Part shown: positions 59,345 through 64,000 of the stretch, piece by piece
Position numbering within the stretch: the stretch's first letter is position 1
Layout: every line of letters starts with the position of its first letter
From: Promethearchaeota archaeon
GTDB lineage: Archaea > Asgardarchaeota > Lokiarchaeia > Sigyniarchaeales > SOKP01
Assembly (NCBI GenBank): GCA_030599585.1
Contig: JAUVNS010000010.1
Location: 1 to 64,000, forward strand
Length of the DNA: 64,000 nucleotides
Reading direction: 5' to 3'
The notes under the pieces: model-generated
What the model saw: only the letters and a program-made list of their open reading frames with translations
Told to the model about the DNA's origin: nothing
Database searches by the model: none
Program-made: the position numbers and the translations under genes

Positions 59345-61393
59345 TTAAATGTCTAAAACCTTAACTTCGTCAAAATTGGCGAAGATAAACTTTTTACGGG
59401 ATAGAACCTCTTTCCCCATCAATTTAGTAAAGATTAAATCATTTTCTGTATAATCCTCGTACGTAACTTTCTTCAAAGTCCTAGTTTCTTTATTCATTGT
59501 CGTATCATATAATTCTTCAGGGTTCATCTCACCTAAACCCTTATATCTTTGGATTTTTATAGAACCTGAATCCTTTAAATTGTGTTTTGATATAATTTCT
59601 TGCATAAATGCATCTCTTTCACTATCCGAAAAAACAAATTTTTTAGTTTTTTTATATGAGACTTTGTAGAGCGGGGGCACAGCTAAATAAAGAAAACCCC
59701 CATCTATTAAGGCTCGCATATGTCTGAAGAAAAATGTAAGTAAGAGCGTCTCAATATGTTTTCCATCAATATCAGCGTCACACATGATGATTGTCTTGTG
59801 ATATCTTAACTTATTTAAGTCAAAATCACTCTCGGATTCCTCAGATTCCTCAATTTCCCCATTTTCTCCATTTGCTCCATTTTCTTTTTCAGAACCATTA
59901 ACTTCATTAAGTCCTTGGAATCCAATACCCAATGCTTTGATAATTGAAAGGATTTCATTATTTTGGAGAATTTTATCCATTCGTGCCTTTTCTACATTAA
60001 GGATTTTACCCCTAAGAGGTAGTATTGCCTGATAACCTCTATCTCTTCCTTGTTTTGCTGATCCTCCTGCTGAATTACCTTCAACTATGAAAATTTCACA
60101 CTCTTTTGGATCGTTTGACGAGCAATCAGCTAGTTTACCAGGCATTCTCGCGCTATCCAATACAGATTTTCTACGGATCAATAATCGCGCTTTTTGGGCG
60201 GCCTCTCTTGCCAATTTTGCATTGATCGTTTTTAATACTATTTTTTTAGCTATTTGGGGGTGTTCTTCTAAGTATTGAGTCAATTTGTCAGTAACTATTT
60301 GACTTACGATTTGCCTAACATCGGGGTTGCCCAGTTTGATTTTTGTTTGGCTTTCAAATTGTGGATCTGGCAATTTAACAGAAATAACGGCGGATAAACC
60401 TTCTCTCGTATCAGCACCGCTTAGAACGTGTTCTTTATACTTCTTTTCCATAAAGTTTTCAACATAGGAATTAAACGTTCTTGTAAGTGCGGATTTAAAT
60501 CCTGTAAGATGTACTCCTCCCTCAACGGTATTAATTGTATTAGCATAAGTAAGAATATTAGATTGATACGTAGTATTATACTGCATCGCTAAATCAACAT
60601 AAATAGTTGAACCTTCTCCATTTTTGGCCGACTCGCTTATATATATTATGTCATTATGGAGAGGTTGTTTATCTTTATTCAAATAGGAAATAAATTCTTT
60701 GATTCCACCCTCGTAAAAAAACTCTTCTTTCTCGTCTTTAATTTTATTATGAAGCTCAAACCGAGCTTGAGGTGTAAGGAACGCAAGTTCTCGCATCCTC
60801 TTGGTTATGGTAGAAGGATGATAAATTACTTCGTTTTTATCAAATTCAAATATAGTATCGTCAGGATAAAAGGAGATTTTTGTATATGATTTTTGGCTTT
60901 CTATTTTGGTTATTTCTGGTTCTGATACTTTTTTTCCTTTAGAAAATCTTTGTTTGTAGAGTTGTCCATCTCTACAAATTTCAACATCCATCCATTCTGT
61001 AAGCGCATTAACTACTGAAAGCCCAACTCCGTGTAAACCTCCGGAAATTTTATAACTTTTATTATCGAACTTTCCTCCAGAATGCAAATGTTCCATAATT
61101 ACTTCAAGGGCAGGTTGATTGTATTCGGGATGGATATCAATAGGAATACCTCGTCCGTTATCATGAACTAGGACAGAATTATCTTTATAAAGTGTAACTT
61201 TGATTTCGTTGGCGTAGCCACCAATAGCTTCGTCAACAGAGTTATCAAGAACTTCAAAAATAAGATGATGGAGCCCCTTTTTGCCCTGGTCGCCAATATA
61301 CATAGCTGGGCGTTTACGTACTCCTTCCAGGCCTTTTAGAACCTTAATATCATCCGCATCGTATGAGTCTTGATTAGGTTCATTATCAGGCAT
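59345..61393 (-). CDS. gyrB: DNA gyrase subunit B
   Basis: RKRPAMYIG, GGLHGVG, EGNSAGG, PLRGK, DADIDG, RYKGLGEM. Confidence 0.97.
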   Translation of the reverse strand: MPDNEPNQDSYDADDIKVLKGLEGVRKRPAMYIGDQGKKGLHHLIFEVLDNSVDEAIGGYANEIKVTLYKDNSVLVHDNGRGIPIDIHPEYNQPALEVIMEHLHSGGKFDNKSYKISGGLHGVGLSVVNALTEWMDVEICRDGQLYKQRFSKGKKVSEPEITKIESQKSYTKISFYPDDTIFEFDKNEVIYHPSTITKRMRELAFLTPQARFELHNKIKDEKEEFFYEGGIKEFISYLNKDKQPLHNDIIYISESAKNGEGSTIYVDLAMQYNTTYQSNILTYANTINTVEGGVHLTGFKSALTRTFNSYVENFMEKKYKEHVLSGADTREGLSAVISVKLPDPQFESQTKIKLGNPDVRQIVSQIVTDKLTQYLEEHPQIAKKIVLKTINAKLAREAAQKARLLIRRKSVLDSARMPGKLADCSSNDPKECEIFIVEGNSAGGSAKQGRDRGYQAILPLRGKILNVEKARMDKILQNNEILSIIKALGIGFQGLNEVNGSEKENGANGENGEIEESEESESDFDLNKLRYHKTIIMCDADIDGKHIETLLLTFFFRHMRALIDGGFLYLAVPPLYKVSYKKTKKFVFSDSERDAFMQEIISKHNLKDSGSIKIQRYKGLGEMNPEELYDTTMNKETRTLKKVTYEDYTENDLIFTKLMGKEVLSRKKFIFANFDEVKVLDI

Positions 61394-61678
61394 AAAAATC
61401 TAATCTCGATTATAAGTGATGTAAAGGTAAATATATCAAATAAAGTTGAAACTAAGGCGATATTTTAACAATTTACATATAATATAAGGTAATGAGAGAT
61501 TATAAATGTTAGCACATTTTTACAGAGTTCGAAACCAATATTTAGTAAAGAATATAAGCCATTATTGCTAAAGATTCTTGTTTTTCTTTTTAATACTCAT
61601 TATGTTCCTAAATTTCTTGAGATTTTAATCAAAAGAGATTTTAATAGCCCCATTTTTATGTCAAAATTTATAGAGGTT

Positions 61679-62542
61679 TCACTCGATTTTTCTGATTTCT
61701 TCCGCTATCTTTATAATTTCCGTCAATTGCTGATTTACATCATGAGTGCGAATTATGTGCGCTCCTTTATAAATTGCTATTGCTGTTGCTGAGAGAGTTC
61801 CATTTAGTCTTTTTTCTGGTTCTGTGATATTTAATATCGCTCCAATAAAAGATTTTCTGGAAATCGCTACTAGTATCGGTTTATTAAGAGAACGAAGTTT
61901 ATATAAATTCCCAATTATTTTCATATCAAATTCGGGAGTTTTTTTATCTACCCATTTTCCAATTCCGGGATCAAGAATTATTTTTTTTCTGTCATATCCT
62001 TTACGTCCCAGTAATTCAATAGTTTTGTTAAATTCACGTTTTATTCCATCAATTGTCAATAAATCTCCCGGAACTTCCTTTGAAGCCATTAAAATAATGG
62101 GTAGCTCGTTTTCTGTAACAAAGTCACCTAAACCGGGGTCAGTTTTTAGGCAACTTACATCGTTAACGATGATTTTCTTCTTAAATTTGGCTGAAATTTC
62201 CATTGCTCTCTGAGCTACTCTTCTATATTGGGTGTCAATTGATAAAGCGATATTATCTGGGATAATTTTACATACAACATTCATTGCTGATTCCATCCGG
62301 TTAATTTCTTCCTCAATAGTTATCTTCTCCGACCAAGGAGCAGTTGATCTAGCACCCAGATCCAATATTGCTGCACCATTATCAATCATATTTTTAGTCG
62401 CAAATTCAATTTTTTTAGCATTGTCGTAGACGGAACCTTTATAGAACGATTCCGGACTTAAATTTAGCACCCCCATAACGATAGTAGAGTAATTATCGCC
62501 AATTTCTAAGAAATCGAAAAATTTTGCATATATTTCATTCAT
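61679..62542 (-). CDS. folP: Dihydropteroate synthase
   Basis: MGVLNLSPESF, SIDT, NDVS, LDPGIG, SRKSF, RTHDV. Confidence 0.9.
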   Translation of the reverse strand: MNEIYAKFFDFLEIGDNYSTIVMGVLNLSPESFYKGSVYDNAKKIEFATKNMIDNGAAILDLGARSTAPWSEKITIEEEINRMESAMNVVCKIIPDNIALSIDTQYRRVAQRAMEISAKFKKKIIVNDVSCLKTDPGLGDFVTENELPIILMASKEVPGDLLTIDGIKREFNKTIELLGRKGYDRKKIILDPGIGKWVDKKTPEFDMKIIGNLYKLRSLNKPILVAISRKSFIGAILNITEPEKRLNGTLSATAIAIYKGAHIIRTHDVNQQLTEIIKIAEEIRKIE

Positions 62543-62597
62543 GGTTAACGATATTTTAAAAAAAGTATATCAAATAAGTTTAATTCTTTTTATTATA

Positions 62598-63377
62598 ATG
62601 GAGTTATTTGCACTGAAACTTCCCTTGATTAAAAAAGGAGACCCACTCCTCGATATAATTATATCAGTATTAGATAAGCAAGGAAAATCACTAAAAGAAG
62701 GCGATATTGTCGTCATAGCCGAAAAAGTTGTTGCAACCTCCCAAGGAAGAGTAGTGAATTTATCCGATGTAAAAAAGATTTCTCTAAAGGCAAAAAAACT
62801 CTCTAAACTTTACGACATGGACGAAAGATATGTAGAACTAATACTGAGGGAGGCGTCAATGATTATCGGTGGAATGACACATGTGATATTGGCAAAAGTC
62901 AATGATTTCTTAATCGCTAATGCTGGAATAGATCAGTCTAATGCTGGACCTAACAAGGTTGTATTACTACCAAGCAACTTAAAGAAAGTAGTTTGGGAAT
63001 ATCGCGATAGCCTAAAAATGAAATACAACCTTAAGGATCTTGGATTAATTATTGCTGACTCAAGAGTTCAACCTTTAAGAAAGGGTACGATAGGAATTGC
63101 TATTGCAACAGCAGGATTTGAACCAATCGAAGATTTAATAGGACATCCCGATTTATTCAATCGTCCAATGGAAATCACAACAAGGGCTATAGCAGATGAT
63201 TTAGCTAGCGCTGCGCAATTTTTATTGAGTGAAGCAGATCAAAGAACGCCTGTCGTAATTATCAGAAATAGTAATATTGAATTTACAGAAAACCCCGCGT
63301 CAACTCCAGAAATGGAAGCTGAAAAATGTCTTTACATGAATATATTTTCTAAATACATACAAAGCTTGGAAAAATAA
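62598..63377 (+). CDS. cofE: CofE-family gamma-glutamyl ligase
   Basis: AEKVV, ANAGIDQSN, IIADSR, DLFNRPM, ADDLASAA, TPVVIIR; ATG 62598 is the likely start. Confidence 0.85.
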   Translation: MELFALKLPLIKKGDPLLDIIISVLDKQGKSLKEGDIVVIAEKVVATSQGRVVNLSDVKKISLKAKKLSKLYDMDERYVELILREASMIIGGMTHVILAKVNDFLIANAGIDQSNAGPNKVVLLPSNLKKVVWEYRDSLKMKYNLKDLGLIIADSRVQPLRKGTIGIAIATAGFEPIEDLIGHPDLFNRPMEITTRAIADDLASAAQFLLSEADQRTPVVIIRNSNIEFTENPASTPEMEAEKCLYMNIFSKYIQSLEK

Positions 63378-63402
63378 TATTAAATAGTGTTTATCTTAAA
63401 TT

Positions 63403-63951
63403 ATGTCTCTCGTCCCTAAAAAAGTCTTTTTTGTAAAAGGAATAGGCCACCATAAGTCTAAATTATTCGCATTTGAACAAGCCTTAAGAAATGCTGGAAT
63501 AGAAAAGTTCAATTTGGTGAATGTTTCGTCCATTTTACCTCCTCACTGCATTGAGATAAATAAAGAAGAAGGGTTAAATCAGCTCCAACTCGGACAAATT
63601 GTTTTTACAGTATTATCTAGAGCAGATTCGAATAAGTTAAACCAAATGATTTCGGCTTCTATTGGAGTCGCAAAACCCTCTGACAAAGATCAATATGGGT
63701 ATTTAAGCGAACATCATATGTATGACACAAAACCTGAGGAGGTAGGAAACTACACAGAAGAATTGGCTACTGAAATGTTAGCTACAACACTTGGAATTGA
63801 TTTTAATCCCGAAGCAGACTATGATGAGAAACGCAAAGTCTTTAAAATGGGGGGGAAAATCGTTGAAACTAAGCATATTACTGAACATACTACAAGTAAA
63901 AAAGAAAATGAATGGGCTTCAGTTGTTGTTGCGGCAGTATTTATCCTATAA
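63403..63951 (+). CDS. pdaD: Pyruvoyl-dependent arginine decarboxylase
   Basis: FEQALRNAGIEKFNLVNVSSILP (S-S cleavage site), GYLSEH. Confidence 0.92.
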   Translation: MSLVPKKVFFVKGIGHHKSKLFAFEQALRNAGIEKFNLVNVSSILPPHCIEINKEEGLNQLQLGQIVFTVLSRADSNKLNQMISASIGVAKPSDKDQYGYLSEHHMYDTKPEEVGNYTEELATEMLATTLGIDFNPEADYDEKRKVFKMGGKIVETKHITEHTTSKKENEWASVVVAAVFIL

Positions 63952-64000
63952 GAATTCCTTTCTTGTTCTAATACTTCAAAAATTTATTATTTTATGCTCT

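Noticed and set aside
56622-61393. Inteins in gyrA/gyrB
   Set aside because: Lengths and motif spacing are normal; no intein motifs seen

Overview
AT-rich chromosomal segment that is very likely from an Asgard archaeon (Lokiarchaeia-like). The assignment is an inference from the combination of BHB-intron tRNAs, archaeal housekeeping genes (pdaD, cofE, TrmB-type regulator) and eukaryotic-signature-type proteins (actin-related protein, gelsolin domain, roadblock, longin-like, small GTPase, Vps29-like, GIFT/IFT52-like, AN1 zinc finger). It holds about 47 CDS. These include three very large repeat-built surface glycoproteins, a bactofilin operon, an NfeD-flotillin cluster, gyrBA, folP/cofE, an orphan N6-adenine MTase and a serine hydrolase broken by an in-frame TAA. 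Two tRNA genes not shown in the ORF track each carry two introns. Three observations stand out. (1) A free-standing LAGLIDADG endonuclease gene lies between 10-bp direct repeats of the 3' end of a double-intron tRNA-Thr, a possible tRNA-targeted mini-element or intron-collaborative homing system. (2) An operon encodes three apparent pseudoenzymes: a divergent actin-related protein, a helical-repeat/CHAT protein lacking its His-Cys dyad, and a PLD-fold protein lacking HKD. (3) A gelsolin-roadblock-(CDC48-N-like/vWA) cluster. All product calls come from motif recognition by eye; no database searches were run.
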